From NCBI RefSeq assembly GCF_009914755.1, contig NC_060945.1: a stretch of DNA of 64,000 bases; one strand, written 5' to 3'. The translations under genes were made by a program, and so were the position numbers. Below are positions 1 through 13,903 of this stretch, in pieces. The notes beneath the pieces were generated by a model. That model made no database searches and was not told the DNA's origin. It saw only the letters and a list, made by a program, of their open reading frames with translations. Each line of letters begins with the position of its first letter. The stretch's first letter is position 1. This DNA is from the human T2T-CHM13v2.0 reference genome, Homo sapiens.

Positions 1-435
1 GATACCACTTCTCCATGGATTGTGCCAGTACCAGCCTAAACACTTCCCATGGCTCCCTGCAGCCTACAGGAGAAAATGCAAATTCAACCAGTCAAGGCCA
101 GCCCCAGTCTGACTCGAATCTACCTCTCCCGCCACACACCTGCTGCACTCCAGTCTCTAGGGACTCTGAATTCTAGCATTGAACCTAGAGTCAAGAATGA
201 CCATCAAATTCTGTCAGCACTGGCCACACAACAGACTCTGAGCAACCAGCACAAATCCTGGCCATGCCAGCTGCCATGGGCGGCCAAATCTTCCCTGCCT
301 AGAACTTAATAGATGCTCAACAGACATGGCTTGAACACATGAGGAATGGAGGGAGGTGATTCAGTCTGATGCCCCTTTTCAGACAGAACGAGTGTTAAGC
401 CATGCTAGGAAAATGATGATGTCTCAACTTAGAGT

Positions 436-962
436 TGTTAAAGAGTAGAAACCCCAGATTCCGCATGGCTGATACACAGCAGGCGAGCCCTAAAATTGGG
501 GCTTAGCCCAGGAGGGTTCTTGGCTTCGCCCAGCAAAGAACTCAAGGGTGAGCTGATGGTGTTAGGCAGCAGCTTTTATTGAAGTGGCTGTGTGCACAGC
601 AGCAGCAGAGGTACTGCTGTTTGCAGAGCAGGGCTACCCTGTAGGCAGTGTGCCTAGAGTAGCAGCCCAGAGGCAGTTCTGTGGTCACGTTTATACCCAC
701 TTTTAATTATATGCAAATTAAAATGTGGATTATGCAAAAATTTCTAAAAATAGTGTGGTAACTTCCTGGTCATTGGGTCATGGCCATGGAAAGGGGCGGC
801 AACATTCAGGTGTTTCCCTGGCAATGGTAAACTGACATGGCACTGGTGGGCAGGTCTTACGGAGAGAGGCTTTTGCCTCTTTCCTGTTTCAGCTAGTCCT
901 TAATCTAGTCCTTCATCTTGGTTTGGTGTCCAAGCTCTACAGAGTCAAGTCCCACCTCCTAC
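436..962 (-). mobile_element. ERV1-class MER-type solo LTR (subfamily not determined)
   Basis: LTR-like sequence (ggggcttagcccaggagggttcttggcttcgccc...), AATAAA on the minus strand near 575; its last bases resume after the LTR12 insertion. Confidence 0.6.
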
Positions 963-1566
963 TGAGAGATGAAGCCAGCTGGGCTTCTGGGTCATGTAGG
1001 GAACTTGGAGAAGGGAACTTGGAGAACTTTTCTGTCTAGCTAAAGGATTGTAAATGCACCAATCAGCGCTCTGTGTCTAGCTAATCAGTATTCCGTAAAA
1101 ACGGACCAATCAGTACTCTGTAAAATGGACCAATCAGTTCGCTGTAAAATGGACCAATCAGCTCGCTGTAAAATGGACCAATTTGCAGGATGTGGGTGGG
1201 GCCAAATAAGGGAATGAAAGCCTGCCACCCCAGCCAGCAGCGGCAACCAGCTGGGGTCCTCTTCCAGTCTGTGGAAGTTTTGTTGTTTCACTCTTTGCAA
1301 TAAATCTTGCTGCTGCTCACTCTTTGGGTCTGCACCACCTTTATGAGGTGTAACACTCACAGTGAAGGTCTGCAGCTACACTCCTGAAGCCAGCGAGACC
1401 ACGAACCCACAGGAAGGAAGAAACTCCAGACATATCTGAACATCTGAAGGAACAAACTCCGGACACACCATCTTTAAGAACTGTAACACTCACTGCGAGG
1501 GTCACAGATTCATTCTTGAAGTTAGCAAGACCAAGAACCCACAGGAAGGAACCAATTCCGGACACA
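963..1566 (+). mobile_element. LTR12 (ERV9) solo LTR, LTR12F-like
   Basis: TG...CA ends (tgagagatgaagccagctgg...ccaattccggacaca), 4-bp TSD CTAC, tandem ggaccaatcag...gtaaaat repeats, AATAAA near 1299. Confidence 0.9.
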
Positions 1567-2399
1567 CTACTTCACAGCAACCATTGCAATACCACTTAAT
1601 GTTTTGATTGAGCAGTGTCAGGTCAGGGCATGCTCCTGTGTTATCTCCATACTTGTCCTTGCACTTTTGCTTTTCCCTTTAATCCTTTCAGCAACCTCAC
1701 TGGGTAGCTAGAACAGACAGTATCATGTGTTATAGAAAACAGAGGCTCTATCGCTCAGTGCTTTGCTGGGTGCCTTTCCAGTCAGGATGTCCAAATTGGT
1801 CAACTGACTTGTACGAATCTTATTACTTATTAAATCCTTGGGAATTTCAGAGGCATATACTTATTTCAGTTGTAAGATTATTTCTTTATTCTGTATTCAC
1901 CAACCTTGTGCACTGTCGCTTCATTTCCTTGGCCCATGTTTTATATGATTCAAGTTTGAGTTACCATCTTCCTTCTGTGAACTTTTATGCATTAAGGGCA
2001 TCCCTTCTTTCATTGGTCAGCTGACCTGTGTGTAGGTAAGGAGGAAACATTCAAATAGAAATTTGCATCCTTGGCCCTGAACACTAAACTACCCGCTGAA
2101 ACAAGAGCCACATTCTCTCCTATGAATCACTAAATCAATGCCTTGTTTATGGATTTCATTTTCATTCACTCAAAACTTAGGGCATCAATAAACGGAGGAA
2201 AAAGACGATAAAATACTGAAATGAGTGAAAGTCAGGAAACTTAAATCGCAGTCTTGTTGACGTAGGAGGGAGAGAAGGGGCTAGAACAATGGTCTACAAC
2301 TTCTCTCTTTGTTCTTGCTCATGGGCACTTTCCTCTATTGGCCCTGAACTCTCTCTTGCCTTCAAGTCTCACTAGATTTTCCTTGCACAGAATTATCTA

Positions 2400-2535
2400 G
2401 GTCAGGGCTTCTCAGAGTTGAATGTGTATGTGAGTCACATGGGGATTTTCTTAAAATGCATATTCTGATTCTGTAGGTCTGGGGTGGGCCTTCCTGACGA
2501 GTTCTGGGGCAATGCTGCTGGTCCATGGCTACCCT
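2400..2535. mobile_element. MER5-type hAT-Charlie relic
   Basis: aaaatgcatattctgattctgtaggtctggggtgggcc signature. Confidence 0.6.
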
Positions 2536-5007
2536 TACCAAGATCTAGGTTACAATTCCTCCCCTAGCCCCACCTTCACTAAACTCTCTCCCTGGTTACT
2601 GCCGCTCATCCTTCAGGCCCCAGCCAGGCCTCACCTCCCCCTGGAAGCCCTCCTGGTCCTCCTGAGGTGGGATAAAAATCCCCACCCTAATGATATTGAT
2701 TAGTTTGGCCTATATCTGAACCTGCCGTTGAACACTGTTCCACCAGGGTCCTGCACCATGCCTGGCTCCTGAAAGATACTCAGTGACTCTTCCAAATCCA
2801 AATCGAATGAATGAATGATTGCCTGTATGTTTTGCTCTGTGCTTTCTACAGTCTCATTAAAACATTTTCAGTCCCCATACAGTAAAAATGTGAAATGTGC
2901 TTGTGTGTGTGTGTGTGTTTGGGCATGCATGTGTGTGAAGATCCATTTCTATACCATGCACTCAGCAAAGACACACTGATTTCATTCTTGCAGAGCTGCT
3001 GCTATCCTCCCCATCAATCCTCCTGTGCCTTCCAGCCCCTCCCCTGCACTCCCACTCTCCACCCTTCCACCTGCACTTAGCAGGAAAGAGCTCCAGGAGG
3101 AGGAAGAGCATGTCTCCATTTGTCCCCTCCCCCTGTGCACAGGTGGCCTCAGGTGACTCCTCTCCTGATTCCTAACATGTGCAGCCTTCCTTCAGTTATC
3201 AGAAGGCATTTGTTTCTCTCATTTTCTGAAACCAGCTCCAGTGGTGAGTCCCAGGCTTGCTCTTCCTAAGGCTTCTGTGGAGCAGCCATCTACCAGATAC
3301 AGGAGGGGGCCACTCTGACAATTCCTTCCCTGTAAGATGGGAATACTAACACCCACCTTACCAAGATAGCCCAGGTGTGCATGGCTCAGATAATAGTTTT
3401 GCTTACCTTCCTGTCCCAGCATGTAGCACATTGCCTGGCAGATATCAGGTACTCAACAAATATTCTTTCACTGAATATATCGTTGAAGGAAGAAATGAAA
3501 GCATTTGGTAAGCTGAACTCTTAGAAGAAATCAGAGGTATTAATACAGACAGTTTTAATGTCTTTGAAAGAGAAGAGAATGAATCCAATCAATAGAACTG
3601 CCTCCCAGGTGTAGGAAAATTGAGGTATTCCTCTTGGTTCTTTACTAGGGAAACCACAAGTAGCTTTGTAAAAATGCAGTGACTCAAGTTGTCAGAGGGA
3701 GAGGAAGAAGGAAGAGGTGGTTCCTCCCATCGTCATTAAAATAAACCTGGTTCTTTACCTATTTGCTCACTCGTTTATTCTGTTAGTCCCCAAATATTTG
3801 TGGGGTGCCAGTGTACTCCAAACCCTGTCCTCGGCCCTGGGGATTCAGTTGGGAAGCAAAGGCCCTGTCCTCATGGAACATGAGTCTAGCAGAGAAGGGG
3901 GGTCACACTCCAGGTAATAAACAGGTTAACAAGTGAATGTCTAAAATAATGCCAGGTGCCATAGGTGCTATGGAGGAGGGAAAAAAGGCAGAGAAAGAGG
4001 AGAGTGATGGGAGGGGGGGTGCTAATTTAGAGAAATACCCCCATGGCCAACATCCCATCCCATCCCACCCATTATTATGGTCCCTTTCCACAGCGTCCCT
4101 CACAGCCTGCTCTTTTGTGACTTTTCCCATCTTGGAGGCTAACCTTGGTAGTGACAGCCCAGCAGCCATCATCTGCACAAACATTTGGGGGAGGTTGGAG
4201 GAAACTCCAGGAACTGGCCTTTCAAAAGCCAGAGTAGCATGCCAACAGGCAGGCCTGCCCTCTGCCCCACCAGCCCTGCGGTGGGTGTGGTGACAGGCTG
4301 TGCCCTGCAGGCTGGGACTCGCTTCTGGGTCCCCTTCTCACTCACGCTTCTGTGGCAGCCCTTGCCCCACCAAGAGGCAACCCTTGTTCATATACCAGGA
4401 AGCAAGGGTCTGGCAGGAATGCCATTTGGGAGGTGTCTAGAAGGGCAAAGTACTTGAGAAGTGCATTTTCTCAGTAACAGCAGCCAGCTCACTCACCCCA
4501 CTCCCTGATTAGGACATCATTAAGGTTTCCTTTCATTCTGCCCTCCTTACCTCCACCCATTCTACCCAACAAGGCCCACCTCGGGAACACCTTCATCTTC
4601 TCACCTGCCTGCCCTGCCAGTCACTTGGCCTGAGCAAGCTCTGCTTCTGTGAGCCAAACCACCATCTCCATCTTCCTGTCAGGAGATTGAAGTGACCTTT
4701 CCAGGGTCCTTTTCACCTTGACATTCTATGACTCTGGTCTCATATTTTTTAAGATTCAGATGGTCAATTGCTCTTTTAATAAACTAACCCTGTAAATAAG
4801 TATTTCCAGGAAGAAAAAAATGCCTGTGACCTGGCAGTCCTTCTCAAGCTTTGCACACACATCACAGGGGATCTTGATAAAATGAGGATTCCAAAGTGGG
4901 GGGGCATTCTTCTGTTCTAACAACCTCCCCAGTGGTGCTGGTCTGGGGACTATACCTTGAGTTTCAGGAGTCAGTATAGCCTCTTTCCTCCATCCTTTAT
5001 TGTTAAA

Positions 5008-5200
5008 CTCAGTGGTTCTCAACCAGGGCAATTTTCCCTCCTAGGGAGACACTGTCAGTGGTCACAGCTGGGGCATTGCCCCTGACCATCTAGTGAACAG
5101 AGATCAGGGATCTGCTCAACCTCCTACCATGCACAGGAGAGACCCCCCACAGCAAAGACTCATCCAGCCCAAAATAGTGCTCAGGCTGAGGAACCCTACA
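5008..5200. mobile_element. MER20 DNA transposon, flanked by MER5-like fragments
   Basis: cagtggttctcaaccagggcaatttt...gctgaggaaccct. Confidence 0.7.
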
Positions 5201-5879
5201 TACTAACTCAGCAGGTCTAATTCTGTCTATACATTAGAGTCCCTAGAGTTCTTTTAAAAATATATAAATTCCCAGGGCCCCTCCTGGACAATGATGTTAG
5301 AATCTCTGGGGGTGGCACCTTTGTTCTGTATTCTTTAGATGTTCCCTATGATTCCAATGTGCAAACCCAGCTGAGACCCAACGGCCTCAACCAACATTGA
5401 CTCCAATGGAGGAAACTGTGGGCTGTATAACAGGGTTGGTGTGTGGGAACTTTGTATGTCCCATACAACTGCAGAGCATGCATTCTGTTAACAGCAGCTG
5501 CCATGGTGTGGAGCAGCCTGAGGACAAACAGCTGAGTGGTCTGCTCAGTCAGGACCTGGGGAATCTGAGGCCTTTCCCAAGTGTGCTTGGTGGTTCTGAC
5601 TGGGCCCTGATGCAAAGGACAGGGCCAAGGCCCTCATGTGTCCCCCTTTCCAAGAGACCCACTCTACCCTAAGTTTATCACTATTGGCTTCAGGTAGCAT
5701 GGAGACTACAGGACATTTTTTTCATTTTATCTTTATTAAAACTATGAAGGTGGACAGTTAATCATCATCTTAATCATCTGATCATACAGGTGAGAAAAAT
5801 CAGAGTCAGAAAAAATAGGTGAACTAGCCAGAAAAGTAGCAAAGCTGACATCAGAACCAGAATTTACAAATTCAAAGCA

Positions 5880-6472
5880 AATAGGCCACAGCCATTGTAG
5901 AAAACAGTATAGAAGTGTCTCAAAACTTGACAAGTAGAACTACCATATGATTTCTGGCAATCCCACTACTGGATATACATCCACAGGAAAAGAAACCAGT
6001 ATGCTAAAGAGCTGCGCTCCCATGTCCACTGCAGCACAGTCACAGTAGCCAAGATTTGGAATCAACCTAAGTGTTCATCGACAGACGAATGGATAAGAAA
6101 ATGTAGTATATATACACAATGGAATACTAGTCAGCCTTATCAAAAGGAAATCCTGAACCTAGAGGTCATTATGGCAAGTGAAATAAGCCAGGTACAGAAG
6201 GACACGCTCCACCTGATCTCACTGATATGTGGAATCTAAAAATCTTAAACTCATGGAAGCAGAGAGCAGAACAGTGCTTACTAGAGGCTGGGCATAGAGT
6301 TGGGGAGATGTTGGTCAATGGATACAAAATTTCAGTTAGGAGGATGAAAATAATAAGTATGTGAGGTCACACATATGATAATTAGCTCAATTTAGCCATT
6401 TCACAATGTATGCATGTTTCAAAACATTGTGTTGTATACCACAAACATACAATTTTTATTCATCAATAATAC
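5880..6472 (+). mobile_element. Old L1 (L1MA-type) 3' fragment
   Basis: Degenerate ORF2 C-terminus and 3'UTR similarity. Confidence 0.75.
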
Positions 6473-7485
6473 CTTAACTAAAGAGCTGCTGCACAGCAAA
6501 ATAAACTATCAACAATAAACAGAGAACCTACAGAATGGGATAAAAAAACTCACAAACTGCATTTGACAAAGGTCTAATATTCAAAATCTATAAAAACTTA
6601 AATAATTGAACAAGCAAAAAACAAACAATTCCATCAAAAAATGGGCAAAAGACATGAACAGACACCTCTCTAAAGAAAACATACAAGTGGCCAACAAACA
6701 TATGAAAAGTGCTCCATATCACTAATAATAAAAAATGCAAATCAAAACCACAGTGAGGTACCATCTCACACCAGTCAGAATGGCTATTATTAAAAAGTAA
6801 AAAATCAAAACAAAACAATAGATGCTCTCTTGGCTGCAGAGAAAAGGGAATGCTTATACACTGTTGGTAGGAATTTAAATTAGCTTAGACATTGTAGAAA
6901 GCAGTTTGGAGATTTCTCTAAAACTTAAAACAGAGCTACCATTCAACCCAGCAATCTCACTACTGTGTATATATGCAAAAGAGAACAAATCCTTCTACCA
7001 AAAAGACATATGTATTCGCATGTTCATTGCAGCCCTATTCACAATAGCAAAAACATAGAATTGACGTATGTGCCCATCACTGTTGGATTGGATAAAGAAA
7101 ATGTTGTACATCTAGACCATGGAATACTACATAGCCATAAAAAAGAATGAAATAATGTCCTTTGTAGCAACATGGATGCAGCTGGAGGCCATTATCCTAA
7201 GCAAATTAATGCAGGAACAGAAACCAAATATTGCATATTCTCTCATGTGTAGGAGCAAAACACTGGGTACTCATGGACATAAAGATGGTAACAACAGACC
7301 CAGGGGACTACTAGAGTGGGGAGGGAAGGCAGGGGGAAACGGTTAAAAAACGAATTGTTTGGTACTATGCTCAGTACCTGAGTGGTGGAATCATTCATAC
7401 CTCAAGCCTCAGCATCACACAATATACCTATGTAACAAGCTTGCACATGTACCAGCTGATCCTAAAGTAAAGGTTGAAAAAAAAA
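6473..7485 (+). mobile_element. L1 3' fragment (old L1PA/L1PB)
   Basis: ORF2 C-terminal peptides (MEYYIAIKKNEIMSF...), 3'UTR and A tail. Confidence 0.85.
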
Positions 7486-7490
7486 CTTGA

Positions 7491-9572
<2,082 letters not shown>

Positions 9573-10629
9573 GAAAAAAAACTTGAAATCTTCTTTTGTT
9601 TCCTCTTTAGAAAGATGGCAGACATTTTTATTGAGTGGATTTTAGAAATTTTCTTGTCCTCTTTTAAAAAAGTGTGCGTGTGTGTGTATGTGTGTGAGCA
9701 CTCTACTGCTCCTTGCTTGGCTTCAGAAAGAAAAAGGAAGCTTTTGGCTCCCTTCTAAAAGGGGTATTTCCATTGAAAGAACAAAATAAGCCAAGTTCAT
9801 TGGCACAATTGTTGTAAGGTGATGCAACCAAAGAGTTTTGGATTTGCATTACTAATTGGGTATGCGGTATTGTGTTCTGCAAACAAGATGGAGAACAAAC
9901 TATGAGAAGGGAACAAGTTTAGTGTTTTTATTTCTCTCAGAAAACTGCTTTTCTCCAGCCAAATCCTGTGCTGATTAAATACCCATATAATTTACCTGTC
10001 AATGTTGATGGCCAGGATGATTGGAGGTTTGGCTTCAACCACTCTTTTGGATTCTTGTGATCTAAACTCCAATTACAATTATTGGTTGGAGCCAAGAGCA
10101 TTGTTATATGTGACAAATGTTCAAAAAATGTTAGCTTATTATTACTCACAGTTGAGTACAGTTTGAGGTCCTTGAAGATCAGATCTTCAAAAACAGAACA
10201 TTGATATATAACACATAGGTATGGAAGCATCCACTCGAGTAGCCATTGCAGCAAGTCATTTCACTTGAGATTCTGTTCCCTCACTTCGAAACAAGGGCTT
10301 GAGGAGCAGACAGCATATAGGGGCTCCTTCCAGCACGTGAAAGTTATGTTGTTCTAGATTTCGATTATCACGGTAATGGAGGAAAAAAAATGCCCCAAAG
10401 GAGTTGACCTAAGGGAAACCTAGACATTCTGCCAGCTCTGCATTTTAGCAGGCATTTATTGAACACATAAGTGCATACCTGGGAAATATTCCTGATATCC
10501 TGAGATATCCAGGAGATATGCCTGATATGGAGTATTTGTATCATATATTTGTTGGTCATTTGTATGTCGTCCTTAGAGAAGTGTCTGTTCATGTCTTTTG
10601 CCCATTTTTTTAAATGGAGTTTAAATTTC

Positions 10630-11915
10630 AGACTGCTGCAGTAAAGCAAATAACATAAACAAAAAAGTTGTTTATGTTATATTTACACTCTACTGTAGTT
10701 TATTGAATGTGCAATAGCATTATATCTGGAAAAGTAATGTACATACCTTAATTTTAAAATATTGCTGAAAAATGCTAACAATCAAGTGTCTTCAGCCAAT
10801 CATCATTATTCTGCTGCTGGAAGGTCTTGCCTCAATGTGGATGGCTGCTGACTAATCAGGTTGTTGAAGGTTGTGGTGGATTTGACAATTTCTAAAAACA
10901 GATAACAATAATGTTTGACTCTTCCTTTCAGAAAAATATTTCTCTGCAGCATGCAATGTTGTTTGATAGCATTTGGCCCCCAGTGCAAATTCTTTCAAAA
11001 CTGGAGACAATCCCCTCAAACCCTGCCACTGCCATATCAACTAAGTTTATATAGTATTCTCAATCCTTTGTTGTCATTTCAACAATGTTCACAGCATCTT
11101 CACAAGGAGTAAATTCCATCTAAGAAACTATTTCCTCTGCACATCCATAAGAAATAACTCCTTGTCTGTTCAAATTTTCTCATGAGGTTGTAGCAATTCA
11201 GTCACATCTTCAGCCTCCATTTCTAATCCTAGTTCTCTTGCTGTTTCCACCACATCTGCTGTAACTTCCTACACTGGGGCCGTAAACCCCTCAAAGTCAT
11301 CCATAAGGATTGGAATGAACTTCTCCCAAATTCCTCTTAATGTTGATATTTTAACCACCTTTCATGAATCATGGATGTTCTTAATGGCATCTTGAATGGT
11401 GAATCCTTTTCAGAAGATTTTCAATTGACTTTTCCCAAGATCCATCAGAGGAATCACTCTCTATGGCAAGTATGGCCTTATGAGATGTATTTCTTAAACT
11501 ATGAGACCTGGAACAACCAATCAGAGCTCACCTCCTTGGCCAATCAGGGCTCAGTTGTATTAACCAATCAGAGCTCAGCTATATTGACCAATCAGGGTTC
11601 AGCTCTGTCAACCAATCAGAACTAAATAAGTTTCAAGCCTTCATTTGCATAAACAGACCTGATTGGCAACTTGGGAAGGCACTTTTGCTATAAAACCTGG
11701 GCCTTCCCTCTGTTCTCTGGAGTGCATCTTAATTTTTACACGTGTGGTGCTGTCTCCCCAGTTTGCAAATTTTTCACTGGAATAAAGTGTCTTTTCTCCA
11801 AATTTTTTTTTTTCAGAGAACTTGTTCACACAGGGTTGTCACAAACCTTCAGTTTGTAAAAACTACATCTGTAAAGCACAATAAATGGAAGACAAATAAA
11901 AAAAGCTATGCCAGT
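10630..11915 (-). mobile_element. Internally deleted Tigger1 interrupted by an LTR fragment
   Basis: Colinear with the Tigger1 at 13904-14850; terminal segment at 11832-11915. Confidence 0.8.
11506..11830 (+). mobile_element. ERV1-class LTR fragment with tandem CCAAT repeats
   Basis: Five CCAATCAG units at about 24-bp spacing, ATTTGCAT 11643, TATAAAA 11689, AATAAA 11781, ends ...gttcaca. Confidence 0.7.
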
Positions 11916-12149
11916 ATTTAATTCCTGAGTGTGGATGCAGAGAAATAAACACATATCCTCATTTCCAGGAACCTACAGGCCAACAGGTGCAGCTGGCACC
12001 CAAAGGAGTCCTCAAGCCCAGTTTGCAAGGAGTACATGAAAGTACTGTGGGGGTGATGGATGGCAGGCAACGCCAGAAGCGTTTTCACAGAAACGTGGAA
12101 ATTCATTTCACAGGACCTCAGGAGACACCCTCAGACCCCATGTAATGTT

Positions 12150-12228
12150 CCCAGGATCCCAGCAGGAAAGACCCGGGAGCTGCGCGCCAGGGACCAGAAC
12201 AGCGAGGAGAAGTCACCAGACCAGACCT

Positions 12229-12263
<35 letters not shown>

Positions 12264-13100
12264 CAGGGGGGGGGTTGTCACAGCCGGAAAGGGTAGATGG
12301 ACACGAGGGGGGAACACACGGCAGGGGAGGGGCGCAGCAGAAAAGAGGAGATAGACACGAGGGGGGCACACCACAGGGGAGGGGCGCAGCGGGAAAGGGG
12401 AGATGGGCACAAGGTGGGGACACACCGCAGGGGAAGGGCGCGGTGGGAAAGGGGAGATGCACCCAACGGCCACACCCAGGGTCTGAAGGCTGGAGAGGCA
12501 GGCCATGTAGACCAGATCTGCTTCCTGGGGTCTACTGGCGGAAACTTCCTCATAGACTGGATTCGCGACTGCGCTGTTCCCGTGATCCACTGCGCCTGCG
12601 CGGGCGCCTGGCTGGGCTCGGCGGGCATGGCTGGGGCACCCTGGCGCCATCTTTTTCCACCGTGCGAAGGCAGGAGCCCGAGACTGGGTGAGAGGACGCG
12701 GGGCTGGCGTGGGGAGGGGAAGGATGGACGGGGCAGGACGCTGCCGCCTGCATCTGGGACCCTGAGCAGCCCGAGGGAGTCGCCCCCGAAGGGCCCCAGG
12801 TTGCCTGCACCGGCGGTTTCCCACGTGCCCAGGCACCTCCCGTTGCGGCTGCGCGTGCAGTCGCAGACAGCCCCCAACTCCCGTCTAATTCTCAGCCCCT
12901 AGGAGACCCGAGCCTGGCACCCATCTGCACTCATCCCCAGACAGGGGATGGGGCTGCCTGGGCATGGACCCCAGGCTCTGGCCCAAGGCCTCCTGGCTTG
13001 CCCCGGCCTGCAGGCAGCGGGTGGGCACTCAGGAGCCCCCGACCCCACACGGGCGACCAGGGACTGCATTCCCAGCAGAGGATTCCAGAACCTACTTCAG
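12150..13100. promoter_or_regulatory. Upstream CpG island with NRF1-, YY1- and E2F-like motifs; probable promoter
   Basis: CpG-rich; TGCGCCTGCGC 12591-12601, CGCCATCTT 12645-12653, TGGCGGAAA about 12536-12544. Confidence 0.7.
12232..12261. repeat. (GT)n microsatellite
   Basis: Read directly. Confidence 0.95.
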
Positions 13101-13903
13101 GGGGAGGGTGACGCCTGGGGATGGGATCCTCCTGCTTGTCCCTGAAAACATTGGGAGCCATGGAGGCTTTCATCTGGTGCCAGTAGGAACGTTCCCTGGG
13201 GGCAGCTGAAAGGCATCTGGAAAGAAGTGACCGTGGGTAGGGAGACCAGCTAGGTGGATGCTATGGTCAACCAGCAAAGGCAGGGGCTGCTGGAGTGAAG
13301 GAGGAGAATTTGAGATCCAAGAAGGAAGTGGGATCAAAACAAGGAAGCACACAGTTCCAGGGAGAGATTGGAACTGAAGGGATGACGTGTGGAACCTTGT
13401 GACCTCCGCAACACGTTTTCCTCCTTTATTTGACCACGTATATTTTCATTGCTCCAACAATGCAGAAAGGAAATGTGTACAAAATCATGAGTTTCCAGGC
13501 TTGAACCTCTTCATCTCCTGGAACCACACTCCAGGTGGGTAGAGGTCTGCAGGCTGAATGAGAGGGGAGCGACGTTTTCAAGCACTTTACAGGGAGATAG
13601 AAAAGAAAGTGGGGTTGGTGCGGGTTCCATGCAGAGGTATAGGCGATATGCCCTTGGCTTGAGGAGTGAGGACATGGGGATCAGTAAAGGGTAAGGAGCA
13701 GTCCCATGCCAGCCCAAACTACCAACACGTGGCCACTCAGTCTCACTTAGGAATCCCATGGATTTCAGAAATACGTTCTATTTTCTTCTGTTTAGCAGTC
13801 TTGGACTGTCATATACATATACTGCTATGAGTTTTTGTTTTGTTTTGCCTTCTTTCTCAAAGGATTTGTGCTTAAGAAAAAAAAACCTGTTTTCCTTGGA
13901 ATA

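Noticed and set aside
12060-13209. Overlapping 150-200 aa ORFs on both strands
   Set aside because: Expected in GC-rich, repeat-containing DNA; low-complexity products with no recognisable domain.
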